Positions 1 through 11,346 of a stretch of DNA of 56,664 bases are shown piece after piece. Both the position numbers and the translations under genes were made by a program. Within the stretch, counting starts at the first letter, position 1. Each line of letters starts with the position of its first letter. The notes below the pieces were generated by a model. That model searched no databases. It was not told the origin of the DNA and worked only from the letters and a program-made list of their open reading frames with translations. This DNA comes from Bdellovibrionia bacterium (GTDB taxonomy: Bacteria; Bdellovibrionota; Bdellovibrionia; Bdellovibrionales; JAGQZY01): NCBI GenBank assembly GCA_030424665.1, contig JAUHWN010000006.1, positions 1-56,664 on the forward strand, read 5' to 3'.

Positions 1-836
<836 letters not shown>

Positions 837-855
837 AAACCCAGACGAATTAATT

Positions 856-1962
856 TCATATTCCAAAAAAACTCTTACTCTTCGTCTCGTTGACCGATTC
901 TCCCCGAATCTTGGCAATCTCGCGTAATAGTTTTTCTTCTTCTTTCTTCAATTTTTTAGGAATCTCGACCTGGACCTCTAAAATAAAGTCTCCTCGCCCC
1001 CGACCCCTAATATCCGGGAAGCCCTCTCCGCGGACTCTCAGATGTTGACCGGTTGAAACACCCTGAGGGACATCTACAACATGTTTTTTATCAATCCCTT
1101 GTACTTCTACCTCTGAACCGAGAAGCGCTTGAATATAGGAAAGCTTGAGGGGCGCATAACAGTCCTGGCCACTACGAACCATGTTCTCTTCTTCACGGAC
1201 TCGAATCTCAACATAGAGGTCGCCACAAGGTCCACCTCGATATCCACCTTCGCCTTCTCCAGAAACTCGAAGTCTCGTTCCGTTATCGACTCCGGCAGGG
1301 ATGGTCACTAAAATCTTTCTCTTTTGCAGTTCGCGTCCCTTACCGTGGCAGCTCTTGCACGGACTTTTAATCACCTTACCCGCTCCCTGACAATTAGGAC
1401 AGGTGGTAGCGACTTGAAAAAAACCTTGGGATGTTACGATTTGTCCTTTTCCTAGGCACCGTTCACAGGTTTCAGCATCAGTGCCAGGTTCAGCTCCTGA
1501 GCCCGTACACGTTTCGCAGGACTCTTCGGCTTCGAACTCGATTTCTTTTTCTAAACCCGAGAGGACTTCTTTAAAGCTCACTTCACACATATAGCGAAGG
1601 TCAGAACCCCTACGAGGTCCTGTGCGAGATCTTCGGCCTCTACCGCCAAAACCTCCCATACCAAAAAAGTCAGAAAAAATGTCGCCGAAGCTGTCGAAAA
1701 TATCATCGACGTTGTGAAAACCTCCACCTTGACCGTTAACACCCTGGTGACCAAATCGATCATAGCGCGCCCGCTTATCGGGGTCGCTTAAAACGCTGTA
1801 GGCCGCTGAAGCTTCTTTAAATTTATCTTCAGCCTCTTTATCTCCAGGGTTTTTATCGGGATGGAACTTCATGGCGAGCTTGCGATAGGCCTTTTTAATG
1901 GCATCTTGCTCGGCATCCTTTTGAACTCCTAAAACTTCATAATAATCACGTTCTTGCGACAT
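856..1962 (-). CDS. dnaJ: Chaperone DnaJ
   Basis: J-domain with HPD motif, G/F-rich linker, four CxxCxGxG repeats and a C-terminal substrate-binding domain. Confidence 0.97.
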   Translation of the reverse strand: MSQERDYYEVLGVQKDAEQDAIKKAYRKLAMKFHPDKNPGDKEAEDKFKEASAAYSVLSDPDKRARYDRFGHQGVNGQGGGFHNVDDIFDSFGDIFSDFFGMGGFGGRGRRSRTGPRRGSDLRYMCEVSFKEVLSGLEKEIEFEAEESCETCTGSGAEPGTDAETCERCLGKGQIVTSQGFFQVATTCPNCQGAGKVIKSPCKSCHGKGRELQKRKILVTIPAGVDNGTRLRVSGEGEGGYRGGPCGDLYVEIRVREEENMVRSGQDCYAPLKLSYIQALLGSEVEVQGIDKKHVVDVPQGVSTGQHLRVRGEGFPDIRGRGRGDFILEVQVEIPKKLKKEEEKLLREIAKIRGESVNETKSKSFFGI

Positions 1963-1981
1963 TCATCACCCTTTTTTGCAA

Positions 1982-2009
1982 ATATGATTCGGCTTCGGCA
2001 TTGGTCAAG
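1982..2009 (-). promoter_or_regulatory. sigma32-like promoter for dnaJ
   Basis: Minus strand CTTGAC-N14-AATCATAT, same spacing as the dnaK site. Confidence 0.5.
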
Positions 2010-2089
2010 GTGGAGAGGCAAATTATTAGATATTTTTTGGGAGACTCCGGGTGAATGAAAAAAATTAGTTATTTCAATAGCTTACAGAG

Positions 2090-3061
2090 CTAATTTTCAG
2101 CTCTTTCGCGAGCCTTATTCTTCTTTTTTGAATCTTCAATGAGCTTAAGGGTTTCTTCAATGTAGGGTTGAATATCAGGAGGAGGCCCCACCAAGGGTAA
2201 GCCTTGTTTTTTTCTCTCGGCATTGAGAGCATCGTAAAGCGAGAGAAGTCGCTGGACAATCCGATCTTGTCCAAATCCTTTCTTGCCAGTGCGAATCGCT
2301 CCCTCAAGAACTGAGATGCCCAATTCAGACCGGCCTGAAACTGAGTAGAGTTTAGCCGAGAGGGAGTGAACCCATGCAGGCGCCCCCTTCTTACCAGCTT
2401 GATCAAGAAGATAGGCCGCCCTTCGAGGCTCTTGCATTTCGTAAAGGTAATGGTAGGCGGCCCGGTAAGCCATGGTCCAATCATTCGGAAATTGCTTAAC
2501 TCCTTTGTCGAAAAGTCTACGAGCGCCCTCACGATCGTCGACCACAATACTCAAAAAAGTAGCACCCGAAATGAACGCAATATCAAATTTAGGGGATAGG
2601 TCTGTAATTCGATCGAGCATATGATAAACCCAGCCCAATCGACACCGAGACGGTTTCAATTCTTTTCCTAGAACAGCGTCGACGTTATCTTTCATCCCAT
2701 GACTCGATTTACTTTTATCGGGCGAATTCTTTTCGACTGAAGTTTTATCAGAATCCATTTTTGTTGTGACGACGCGATTCGTATCGATTCTGAAGTCACT
2801 CGAAATCGTCTTTTGTTCACAGAGATCCAGGTTTTGCACAACTCGCAACCATAATGAATCGGCCAAAAACTCTTTGTATCCAAAGTGAAAATGAACAATG
2901 TCTTTTGGGGGAATTAAATAAATGTCGGACGACTTACGTAAGTTCTTTTCCAAAAATCGTTTTGATATCGAAATGCTTGAAGCACCCAGAACGAGTATTA
3001 GACTTAACAGAATTACAGTTTTCTTCTGGCTCTTCATCAAACAAGAGAGTACAAAATACAT
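2090..3061 (-). CDS. Pilin-associated TPR-like protein (PilG-like)
   Basis: N-terminal hydrophobic anchor, LADSLWLR and ITDLSPKF motifs and helical repeats; lies directly downstream of pilA as in deltaproteobacterial pilA-pilG loci. The start may be a few codons later. Confidence 0.55.
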   Translation of the reverse strand: MYFVLSCLMKSQKKTVILLSLILVLGASSISISKRFLEKNLRKSSDIYLIPPKDIVHFHFGYKEFLADSLWLRVVQNLDLCEQKTISSDFRIDTNRVVTTKMDSDKTSVEKNSPDKSKSSHGMKDNVDAVLGKELKPSRCRLGWVYHMLDRITDLSPKFDIAFISGATFLSIVVDDREGARRLFDKGVKQFPNDWTMAYRAAYHYLYEMQEPRRAAYLLDQAGKKGAPAWVHSLSAKLYSVSGRSELGISVLEGAIRTGKKGFGQDRIVQRLLSLYDALNAERKKQGLPLVGPPPDIQPYIEETLKLIEDSKKKNKARERAEN

Positions 3062-3098
3062 CTTGCCGGAGCAAGTGAAATCCAGACACGTGGCAACG

Positions 3099-3127
3099 AA
3101 AAAACCCCAAGCTGAAGGCTTGGGGTT
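3099..3127 (-). terminator. Rho-independent terminator after pilA
   Basis: Minus strand AACCCCAAGC-CTTCA-GCTTGGGGTT running into a T tract. Confidence 0.8.
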
Positions 3128-3158
3128 GGATATTCATTATTTGCTTCATTCAATCAAA

Positions 3159-3719
3159 TTAAGGAAGACCATTGCTATAATTATCAAAAGCTTTGTCCTC
3201 AGTAATTGACCATTCATCTCGAGCCGCACCGTTCAGGTCAGCTGAAACAGCTGCCACAAATGCATTTCGAGTTGTTGCGATCGCACCCGCGGCAGGTACA
3301 CCCGGATCCGCTCCTGCAGATAGACCTTCCGTCCAAGTATCATAACCAGCTGTTGCACAGGCAGCAGCAGTAGTTACGCAAGCAGCTTCAGAAGTCATAC
3401 CAACTGGAGCTAGTGCAATTGCGGCCGCATCAGCACCAACTAATAGTCTGTAAGAAACTTCCCCTTCAGGCTTGTAACCAATCGATACAAAGTCACCAAA
3501 GTAATAAGTATACTCTGCGTGCGTTGCTTTCATCGCTTGATAATAACCAGAAAGAAGCGCTTGTCCTGATTTTTGACGAGCTCTTGCCTGGAAACGCTGA
3601 AAGTTTGGAATCGCAATAGTTGCAAGAATTCCGAGGATTGCCACAACCACCATCAACTCGATGAGTGAGAAACCTTCTTCATTCTTAGCTTGCTGAAAAC
3701 GTTCAAAAAACTTCTTCAT
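3159..3719 (-). CDS. pilA: Type IV major pilin
   Basis: Prepilin peptidase site G/FSLIELMVVVAILGILATIAIPNF; own sigma54 promoter and terminator. Start placed at MKKFFERF (3719) after a GGGGGA RBS; the alternative start is 3740. Confidence 0.9.
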   Translation of the reverse strand: MKKFFERFQQAKNEEGFSLIELMVVVAILGILATIAIPNFQRFQARARQKSGQALLSGYYQAMKATHAEYTYYFGDFVSIGYKPEGEVSYRLLVGADAAAIALAPVGMTSEAACVTTAAACATAGYDTWTEGLSAGADPGVPAAGAIATTRNAFVAAVSADLNGAARDEWSITEDKAFDNYSNGLP

Positions 3720-3784
3720 TTTTCCCCCTATGGAAAACATAGATTATTAAGTTATCTATCGTATCGTAGACACTTAAAGTTTAG

Positions 3785-3800
3785 AGCAAAGTGATTGCCA
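3785..3800 (-). promoter_or_regulatory. sigma54 -24/-12 promoter for pilA
   Basis: TGGCAA-TCACT-TTGCT (GG-N10-GC). Confidence 0.75.
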
Positions 3801-4230
3801 AACTTTCGTTTCAGGTCGATACAAACTACAATTCCATTGTTTATGAATTCAGGAAAAACGGAACTCATTTGGCAAAAACTAGACTAAATCTGAATCACTA
3901 TGAAACACGCTCCCCATAACGTTTTAAGCCGTCAAAAAGTTCGCCAGCAGCAAAGTATTTAATTTCTGTAAAGAAATCCTAAATGGAATTTAAAATGTCA
4001 GGCTTTCGCCACACAAAAGGACCATTTCTGTCACTCGACCAAAGCTATACCGATCTGAACTCGAATATGTGTTTCAAAAATGACTCGGACTCTCATCGAA
4101 TTTTAGAGATTCTTGTTTTGAGACACCTCACCCTGGCTCTGAGTTTCGTAAATTTCGAGTCTTATCAATTACGTGTTCGCTCCCCGAATTAGCAGAATTA
4201 CGCAGAAGCCCTAGACTAGACCAAAGGGAC

Positions 4231-4258
4231 ATTGCTTTTTACTATAGAGACACCATAT
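4231..4258 (+). promoter_or_regulatory. sigma32-like promoter for clpS-clpA
   Basis: ATTGCT-N14-CACCATAT, same geometry as the dnaK and dnaJ sites, upstream of a GGAGG RBS. Confidence 0.4.
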
Positions 4259-4284
4259 TGTGATTAGGAGGGCTTGAAACAGCC

Positions 4285-4680
4285 ATGGAAGATGTGAATA
4301 GACTCGAAGAATTAATAATTCAAAACTCTGTTAAACCAATGACGAACTCTTCAATTTTACGGGGAGAATCGGATCAGGACCCAGATAGTCAAACCGGAAC
4401 CGGAGTACTCACTCGTCCTACTACAAAACAGCCCAAGCAATACAAAGTTCTATTGCTTAACGATGATTACACACCCATGGATTTTGTCGTCTATATCATA
4501 AAGAAATATTTTAAGAAGTCGACGACCGAAGCCACACAAATAATGATGGATGTTCATCAAAAGGGCTCTGGAGTTGCTGGGACCTATAGTTTTGAAATAG
4601 CTGAGATGAAATCGTTTCAGGTCAATCAAGACGCAAAAAGAAACAAGCACCCTCTTAAATCTGTTATCGAAGAAGCTTAG
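4285..4680 (+). CDS. clpS: Clp protease adaptor ClpS
   Basis: YKVLLLNDDYTPMDFVV and MMDVHQKG...EIAEMK...HPL motifs; immediately upstream of clpA. Confidence 0.96.
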   Translation: MEDVNRLEELIIQNSVKPMTNSSILRGESDQDPDSQTGTGVLTRPTTKQPKQYKVLLLNDDYTPMDFVVYIIKKYFKKSTTEATQIMMDVHQKGSGVAGTYSFEIAEMKSFQVNQDAKRNKHPLKSVIEEA

Positions 4681-4689
4681 GAGATACTG

Positions 4690-6978
4690 ATGCTCAGTTC
4701 TAACTTAGAAAAAAGACTCAATGCCGCCGCTGACTTTGCGAAGACCAGCGGGCATGAATTTGTGAGTCTCGAACACATATTAAGATTTCTCCTCGATGAT
4801 GCTGAGGCCATCGAGATCCTCGCTCACTGTGGCGCGAACATCGACGAGCTAAAGACTAAGCTCGATAAATTCATCGATGAAAACTGTCCTCTGATCGACG
4901 AAAGTGGAGATGATTACTCCGACGATTGGAAACCCGAGTTTACCCTCGCCTGCCATCGACTTTTACAACGAGCGGTCATCCAAGTGCAAAGCGCTGGAAG
5001 AGATATGGTCACCATAGGGCACATTCTCGTAGCACTTTTTGACGAAAGAGAAAGTCACGCCGTTTTCTTTTTAGAAGAGCAAGGCGTTAGCCAATTCGAC
5101 ATCATCAACTTCATCTCACACGGAGTGAAACGCCTTCAGCACAGCGTTCAAAGCCGTCCAGGGGATGAGTCTTCTGAATCTTCTGGTACAATGGGAAAAT
5201 CGGCCCTTGAAGCCTATTGCGTAAACCTGAACGAAAAGGCCATCGAAGGCAAAACTGATCCTCTCATTGGTCGCGATGAGGTGATCGAGCGCATGATTCA
5301 AGTTCTCTGTCGACGTACTAAGAACAACCCTTTACTTATTGGAGAGCCCGGTGTTGGTAAAACGGCCATTGCCGACGGATTAGCTCAAAGAATCGTCGAC
5401 CGGGAAGTTCCCGAAAGACTTTACAACGCTGAAATATTCGCGCTTGATATGGGTTTAGTCCTAGCGGGAACTAAATTTCGCGGTGACTTTGAAGAACGTC
5501 TCAAGGGAATTTTGGCTGAACTCAAAGAAAGAGAAAATGGAATTATTTTTATTGATGAAATCCATACACTAATTGGCGCTGGAGCCACTAGTGGTGGATC
5601 CATGGATGCATCCAATCTACTGAAGCCCGGTCTTGCCAGTGGAGAATTGAGCTGTATCGGATCAACGACCTATAAAGAATTCCGTCAGTATTTCGAAAAA
5701 GATCGAGCACTCACTCGGCGTTTTCAAAAAATTGACATCAAAGAACCAACCCAAGAAGAAGCCATTGATATTTTAAAGGGGCTCAAACCCAGATATGAAA
5801 AATTTCACAATGTTCGTTATTCTGAAGAAGCCCTCGAAAAGGCAGTTGAACTCTCGGCGCGATATATTCCGGCTCGATTCCTACCTGACAAGGCCATTGA
5901 TGTTATGGACGAAGTCGGAGCTCAAGCATCGATTAAGAATAGTGGAAACGAAGATCCGGTTGAGATAAACCTGCAAGATATTGAAAAAGTGATCTCCTCA
6001 ATCGCGCAAGTTCCCACTCAAAGTGTTTCTTCAAACGATAAGGATCGCCTAAGACAGCTCAGCTTTAGTCTAAAGTCGCTGATATTTGGACAAGACAAGG
6101 CCATAGACGCACTCGCTGCTTCAATTAAGGCATCGCGCTCTGGTTTGGGACGAGAAGACAAACCCATCGGCTCGTTTCTCTTCGCAGGACCAACTGGAGT
6201 GGGAAAAACTGAAGTCACAAAACAACTAGCTAAATACTTGGGCAATAAATTGATCCGCTTTGACATGTCAGAATATATGGAAAAGCATGCTGTTTCTCGC
6301 TTGGTCGGAGCGCCTCCGGGATATGTGGGCTATGAGGAAGGCGGATTGTTGACCGAAGAGGTTGTAAAGAACCCTTACTCTGTTGTTTTACTGGATGAAA
6401 TTGAAAAGGCCCACCCCGACCTTATCAATATACTTCTCCAAGTTTTGGATAATGGAAGTTTAACTGATCCACACGGTAAGGTCGCTGACTTTAGAAATAC
6501 AATTATTATTATGACCACCAATGCTGGAGCTCGCGAAGCCGCCAAATCAGGAATCGGCATTAATCCGCCAAGCCCTGAAGGCATCTCGGATGAGGCTATT
6601 AAACGAGTCTTTGCTCCCGAGTTTATCAATCGACTCGACTCCATTATTCACTTTGGACCACTCACAGAAGACGTTGTTTTGAGAGTTGTCGACAAGTTCA
6701 TACTCGAACTCGGAACCCAGCTAGCAAAGCAAAAGGTAGATATTGTCGTTTCTGAAAAGGCGAGAACGTGGCTTGTCGAAAAAGGCTATGACCCCGTTTA
6801 TGGTGCTCGCCCCATGGCTCGAGCCATCGACAAACACCTTAAGACCCCGCTCATCGACGAAATTCTTTTTGGTAAACTCGAAAAAGGCGGAAAGGTTAGT
6901 GTCGATCTCGTTAAGGGAGATTTGAAATTTAATTTTGAAACCCGTGAGAAAAAAAAGGAAGAGGCGAAGGTTAAGTAA
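4690..6978 (+). CDS. clpA: ATP-dependent Clp protease ATPase subunit ClpA
   Basis: Clp-N domain, two AAA modules (GEPGVGKT, GPTGVGKT), RFDMSEYMEKH and GAPPGYVG; 762 aa with no ClpB middle domain. Confidence 0.96.
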   Translation: MLSSNLEKRLNAAADFAKTSGHEFVSLEHILRFLLDDAEAIEILAHCGANIDELKTKLDKFIDENCPLIDESGDDYSDDWKPEFTLACHRLLQRAVIQVQSAGRDMVTIGHILVALFDERESHAVFFLEEQGVSQFDIINFISHGVKRLQHSVQSRPGDESSESSGTMGKSALEAYCVNLNEKAIEGKTDPLIGRDEVIERMIQVLCRRTKNNPLLIGEPGVGKTAIADGLAQRIVDREVPERLYNAEIFALDMGLVLAGTKFRGDFEERLKGILAELKERENGIIFIDEIHTLIGAGATSGGSMDASNLLKPGLASGELSCIGSTTYKEFRQYFEKDRALTRRFQKIDIKEPTQEEAIDILKGLKPRYEKFHNVRYSEEALEKAVELSARYIPARFLPDKAIDVMDEVGAQASIKNSGNEDPVEINLQDIEKVISSIAQVPTQSVSSNDKDRLRQLSFSLKSLIFGQDKAIDALAASIKASRSGLGREDKPIGSFLFAGPTGVGKTEVTKQLAKYLGNKLIRFDMSEYMEKHAVSRLVGAPPGYVGYEEGGLLTEEVVKNPYSVVLLDEIEKAHPDLINILLQVLDNGSLTDPHGKVADFRNTIIIMTTNAGAREAAKSGIGINPPSPEGISDEAIKRVFAPEFINRLDSIIHFGPLTEDVVLRVVDKFILELGTQLAKQKVDIVVSEKARTWLVEKGYDPVYGARPMARAIDKHLKTPLIDEILFGKLEKGGKVSVDLVKGDLKFNFETREKKKEEAKVK

Positions 6979-7003
6979 ACCAAGCTAAATCTATATTAAA
7001 AAC

Positions 7004-7038
7004 AAAAAAGCCTTTGGTTTGAACCAAAGGCTTTTTTT
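7004..7038. terminator. Bidirectional terminator between clpA and the gliding operon
   Basis: AAAAAAGCCTTTGGTT-TG-AACCAAAGGCTTTTTT perfect inverted repeat with A and T tracts. Confidence 0.9.
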
Positions 7039-7059
7039 ATGGCACATTTTGCTTCGTTA

Positions 7060-8187
7060 TTAAAGACGATTGGCCCGGCCATTTCCTAAGTTAGTTAAAT
7101 CAACTGGCTTGTAAGTGATATTAATTTTCGCACCTTCTTCTTGTTTCAAGTCAGTACCGCCATTAATGATAATCGCCACTTGGTCAGGGTCATAAGTCCA
7201 ACCAACATTGTCATCCGCTGGAATGAGCTGCTGACCGTATCGTACTTCAATAGTTTCAAATTCAGGTCTGTGCTGTAGAGGAATGACTTTTCGAGTCGCC
7301 TTCTTCAGTATCTCGATACCAAAGTCAGCTAATCGATCACCATAATTAGTTTCACAAAGACTCAATATTCGACCATTGGTCTCATGAAGGAACTCCTCTA
7401 TCGCAATTGGATCCCCTGAAGGGTCCTTTGCACAACCAGAATCGGTTGGAGAAATAACTCCATAGGTTGAAAACCGTTCCATAGCAGGGTCATCTTTTAA
7501 ATTTCTCAAAAATTGAGCCACTTGCTGAGGAGTAAAGTTTGGACTTAAATCGTTCGCATCCGTAATCAATACAATAGCTAAGTGAGCTTCCGGTCGATAA
7601 AAACCGGCATTCGGCCCCATCAGCATACTTTCTGAAAAAGCAGAAACGATCGGAGAAAGAGATTCTTCAAATTCGGGCCCACCTTCAACTAGAGGCTGTA
7701 CACCTAGCTTAAGTGACGATCTCAGTACTCCAAGGTAGTCACCGTCTCCTCGAGACAAGTAAGGAGGACGATCGAGTAGAACACCCTGCCCATCCTCTGA
7801 TTTCAATGGACGTAATTGCCCATTAGGATAACGATTATTTTGTTCGTCATACTCGGTCAATATACCGAAGCGCTGGGTATCATAGACTGATGTGATACCA
7901 ATATGAAAATCAAGGACTTCATTTTGTGCAAAACCAGCCACAAAGCGATCAATGTTTTGACTCAACTTTACTTGGTCATCATCCATTGACATCGAATTAT
8001 CAATAACGAAGAGGATATCAACCTGAGGGTTATACTCGATCTCGAGACCAGAATCCTGAAGTTTCACCACTGAGATTTCCTGCGGAGGCGCCATAAGCTC
8101 GGGCGACTCGTTACTGCATGCGACAAGTCCGAGTATAAAAAGAGCGAAAGTAACTTTCAAAATTGTAGACTTCATTGAGTTTCTCAT
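7060..8187 (-). CDS. vWA-domain lipoprotein, CglB-like gliding adhesin
   Basis: Lipobox LVAC, MIDAS-type DILFVIDNSMSM, and GFYRPEAHLAIVLITD. Start set at 8187 by the ATGA overlap with the upstream stop. Last gene of the operon. Confidence 0.7.
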   Translation of the reverse strand: MRNSMKSTILKVTFALFILGLVACSNESPELMAPPQEISVVKLQDSGLEIEYNPQVDILFVIDNSMSMDDDQVKLSQNIDRFVAGFAQNEVLDFHIGITSVYDTQRFGILTEYDEQNNRYPNGQLRPLKSEDGQGVLLDRPPYLSRGDGDYLGVLRSSLKLGVQPLVEGGPEFEESLSPIVSAFSESMLMGPNAGFYRPEAHLAIVLITDANDLSPNFTPQQVAQFLRNLKDDPAMERFSTYGVISPTDSGCAKDPSGDPIAIEEFLHETNGRILSLCETNYGDRLADFGIEILKKATRKVIPLQHRPEFETIEVRYGQQLIPADDNVGWTYDPDQVAIIINGGTDLKQEEGAKINITYKPVDLTNLGNGRANRL

Positions 8188-9677
8188 CTGCGGACCTCCC
8201 TGGCCGTCGGGCAAGACTGAAGATTTACTTGATAATTATCAAGCTCATCAAGCCAAACTTCTTCGTTTGCTGGAAAAGTCAGAACTTCTCCTTCAACCTT
8301 GTGATCTTCGAACTGACCCTTCATTGGTGCTGACTCTAACTGGTGAGCATACAGTCTTTGAATCGTTTCAGCTTCGACAAGATGAAGCTTTTGTAACATG
8401 CGATTCATTTCACTGAGATCGCGCTTTGCTAGTAATTGAATTCTTCGAACAGCCTGCTGGCTCAGAGTCGAAGACATTTGTGCTTGGTTACTCGAAATAG
8501 CAGACATTTCTGTATTCAAAAATGGACCTGCCGGACTCGTCTGAATAATACCCATCGCTACTTTTGCTTCGAGACGTCTTTGTCCCGCTTCTTTAAGGGA
8601 CGCGAGAAACTGCGCATCTCTATAAAACAAACGAGGAAGGTACTTCAAGTCACTTCCAACGACTCGCCAATCGAGACGACCTCTAATAAAATCATTAAGG
8701 GCTTTGATTGACTTCTCTGAGCGACCATTTTGTGCGAGCTCTTGAATGATCTTAACCCGTGAACCAAAGGTCTTTTTGAAATCAGAAATTGACTTATAAA
8801 CCTGCTTAAAGTCACAAAGCTTTAAGTTAATAAAAGTTTCTAAGAAAAATGGTTCCGGTCCAACCGCAGGTGAAAATACAGGTGAAGTTACCGTGCGCAA
8901 CTTACTGAGGCTTCTATTGGGAAGTTTCAACTTTGCGTAGGTCCAAGCCGATTCTTCTACCGCTTCTAACCAGTAATCTGAGTCTTTATCGACTCTCTCG
9001 TACATTCTTGCAGCTTCGGCATGACGACCCTGTTGATAAAGTCCTCGTCCCCAAGCTAGGTAAATACGATCTCGCGGAACAACAGCTTGGCCAGAAGTAA
9101 TTAGACTTTCAGCTAAGCGATGTCCTGCTTCATTTCTATCTTTCAAATAATTCCACAACATCAATTGATATTGATACTGAGCTTTAAAATTCTTGTCTGG
9201 AATTCTACGAATAATCCCAGCTACTTGGTTCGCCTCTCTTTGTGAACCAATTCCTCGGCCGTTAAGAGAGATCAACTTTTGAATGTATGAGATGGGAAAA
9301 ATAGAATTGAACTTATTTTTTCCTCTCAGATTTGCCATCTCCCATGTCCAGTGATAGGGCGGCATTGTTTTATAAACTTCTCTCTTTAGCGGAGCATCAA
9401 CGAGATTCGGTCGACGAATCTTTAAAACCTGCTCCAATCCAGCCAAAGGCATTCCAGCTTTGAAGGTTAAAATTCCAAAAAGCGCTCGACCCGACGGTGA
9501 AGTCGCGTAACGAGTTCCAGCATAATCAGAGTCCCAAGCTTGAAGTGCAGAAGTATATCGTGAGGCGGCCACTTGCTTCTTTACCATACCTGTCTTTCCA
9601 ACAGGAACTAAATCAGCTTTTAGGCCATACGCCGTCGAGCAAAAACTGAGGAGTAAAACAAGAGCCAAATTCTTCAT
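8184..9677 (-). CDS. GltC-like TPR protein of the gliding apparatus
   Basis: Signal peptide, TPR helices (DSDYWLEAVEESAW) and C-terminal FPANEEVWLDELDNY...C resembling the GltC tail; operon context. Confidence 0.7.
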   Translation of the reverse strand: MKNLALVLLLSFCSTAYGLKADLVPVGKTGMVKKQVAASRYTSALQAWDSDYAGTRYATSPSGRALFGILTFKAGMPLAGLEQVLKIRRPNLVDAPLKREVYKTMPPYHWTWEMANLRGKNKFNSIFPISYIQKLISLNGRGIGSQREANQVAGIIRRIPDKNFKAQYQYQLMLWNYLKDRNEAGHRLAESLITSGQAVVPRDRIYLAWGRGLYQQGRHAEAARMYERVDKDSDYWLEAVEESAWTYAKLKLPNRSLSKLRTVTSPVFSPAVGPEPFFLETFINLKLCDFKQVYKSISDFKKTFGSRVKIIQELAQNGRSEKSIKALNDFIRGRLDWRVVGSDLKYLPRLFYRDAQFLASLKEAGQRRLEAKVAMGIIQTSPAGPFLNTEMSAISSNQAQMSSTLSQQAVRRIQLLAKRDLSEMNRMLQKLHLVEAETIQRLYAHQLESAPMKGQFEDHKVEGEVLTFPANEEVWLDELDNYQVNLQSCPTAREVRR

Positions 9678-10390
9678 AACATAAACCCTATTGAAGCAGA
9701 GGCAGTGGTCAAATTGAGGTCGCGACTACCGGTAAAAACTTTGTCCTGGTAATTTTCCCAGCGAAGTTCGAATCGAGCACTAAAGTGCTGAGCAAGCCAC
9801 AAACCAATTCCGCCTCCAGCAGTGATTGTTGGAGATGTTCCTGATTCGAGTTTAGTCTGACCATATCCGGCAAGACCATAAACATCAAACTGAGCAACGC
9901 CCATATCAAACATATTCACTTTTCCGTAAAGTGGGTAAAAGGAAATAACAGCCAACGTCGTATTCAGAGGAACATCCACATCGGGAACATCGAAGTTGTT
10001 GTTCTGAACTCGTGCTGTATTGGCGCGAGTGAAGACATCTTTTCCTTCTGCAGTTAGACTGTTATAGTTTTCGTTATAACGAGCACCGATTGAAACTCTT
10101 GGAGTAATGTGCAGGTCGATTAATCCACCAATGTGCTCTGTTTCTAAGTAAGCATTTCCGCCAGCAACGAGTCCACCCGTAACACCGAACTCGAGACGCC
10201 AATTGCGGTCAACAGTTCGTCGCTGAACAATTCGTACCTTGCGATTTGAATTATAAGCTTTAGCTCGTTTAACAAGCTTCTTATTGGAACCTAATGATTC
10301 AAAATCATTGGATATATCCGCCTTCGCAAAACTAACAAAAGAAAGTAGTACGAATACCAGGTTAATAGATACTAGAGTTGACCTCATCAC
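9674..10390 (-). CDS. Outer-membrane beta-barrel, GltA/B/H-like
   Basis: Signal peptide, amphipathic strands, RIVQRR and FYPLYGK motifs, aromatic residue near the C-terminus; operon context. Confidence 0.75.
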   Translation of the reverse strand: MMRSTLVSINLVFVLLSFVSFAKADISNDFESLGSNKKLVKRAKAYNSNRKVRIVQRRTVDRNWRLEFGVTGGLVAGGNAYLETEHIGGLIDLHITPRVSIGARYNENYNSLTAEGKDVFTRANTARVQNNNFDVPDVDVPLNTTLAVISFYPLYGKVNMFDMGVAQFDVYGLAGYGQTKLESGTSPTITAGGGIGLWLAQHFSARFELRWENYQDKVFTGSRDLNLTTASASIGFML

Positions 10391-11346
10391 TCCACTCCTT
10401 CAGTACACTGGGGTTGTGCAATAGCATTGTAATTAACAGTAATTACATGTTTCATTTCTGGAGACGCCACGCCCGTAGGCCCGTAGGCTTTAAAGTTCAT
10501 GCGAACTGGCAGACTTCCCGCCTCGTAAGGGTTTCCACCCTGATTTCTATCTACAAAAACATTATTTTTCAGGTCGAGAGTAAAGAAGAATCTCCAGACA
10601 TTGTTACCAATGCTTTCCGGTACTTGGTTTTCAGTCGATCTTCTTACGAAAACAGCACCATTACCTTCATATTTTTCTTTAGAATTTCCAGTACCGTTGA
10701 AATAAACATCTAATCGCGGAAGATTTCCGGCATGAGCGCCTGGAACACTGACATCAACTGTAAATGCCTGCTCTTGGCCTTCAGAAATTGAATCAGTGAG
10801 ACCCGAAATCGCAATAACTTGAGGCGGCTCATAGGTCTTTCTGACCTTAAAGCTAAAATCGAAACTTTTATTTAACTGAGACAATAAATTTTCATTTCGA
10901 TCTCCACCAAAATCAGTAATATCTATAGCCAAAGAATAATATACTTCCTTCTCAATTTGGTTGTTCGTCGTGAATCCTAAAGGTGGTTGCCAAGAAAGAA
11001 TCCAGGTATTAGCTTCAGTATCACTTTTAGCCAGACTTGCGCCGTTTGGCAGGTCAGTGGCGACCAAATTATACTGAACTCCGGCTTGAAGAACTCGAGC
11101 CGTAATTTTAAAATCTGAACGAACACCTTCGACAAAGTTAATGTCTTTTTCGGGAGAGATAACAATAATCTCGCTCCCAATAAAGTCCTGGGTTTCTAGT
11201 TTTTGTTCGTGAGGAGGAACCGCTTCATCACGAAGTTCTTCGAATTCGTCAAGAGGGTTCTGCTTTTTTCCCGAACAGGCCGACAATAAAAGAGCACAGC
11301 TCAATGCAAATGTTAATAATCCTTTAAACATACATACACTCCTCAT
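10387..11346 (-). CDS. Lipoprotein with probable Ig-like beta-sandwich domains
   Basis: Lipobox LSAC; DLPNGASL...LSWQP pattern typical of Ig/cadherin-like repeats; coupled to neighbours by overlapping start and stop codons. Confidence 0.6.
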   Translation of the reverse strand: MRSVCMFKGLLTFALSCALLLSACSGKKQNPLDEFEELRDEAVPPHEQKLETQDFIGSEIIVISPEKDINFVEGVRSDFKITARVLQAGVQYNLVATDLPNGASLAKSDTEANTWILSWQPPLGFTTNNQIEKEVYYSLAIDITDFGGDRNENLLSQLNKSFDFSFKVRKTYEPPQVIAISGLTDSISEGQEQAFTVDVSVPGAHAGNLPRLDVYFNGTGNSKEKYEGNGAVFVRRSTENQVPESIGNNVWRFFFTLDLKNNVFVDRNQGGNPYEAGSLPVRMNFKAYGPTGVASPEMKHVITVNYNAIAQPQCTEGVE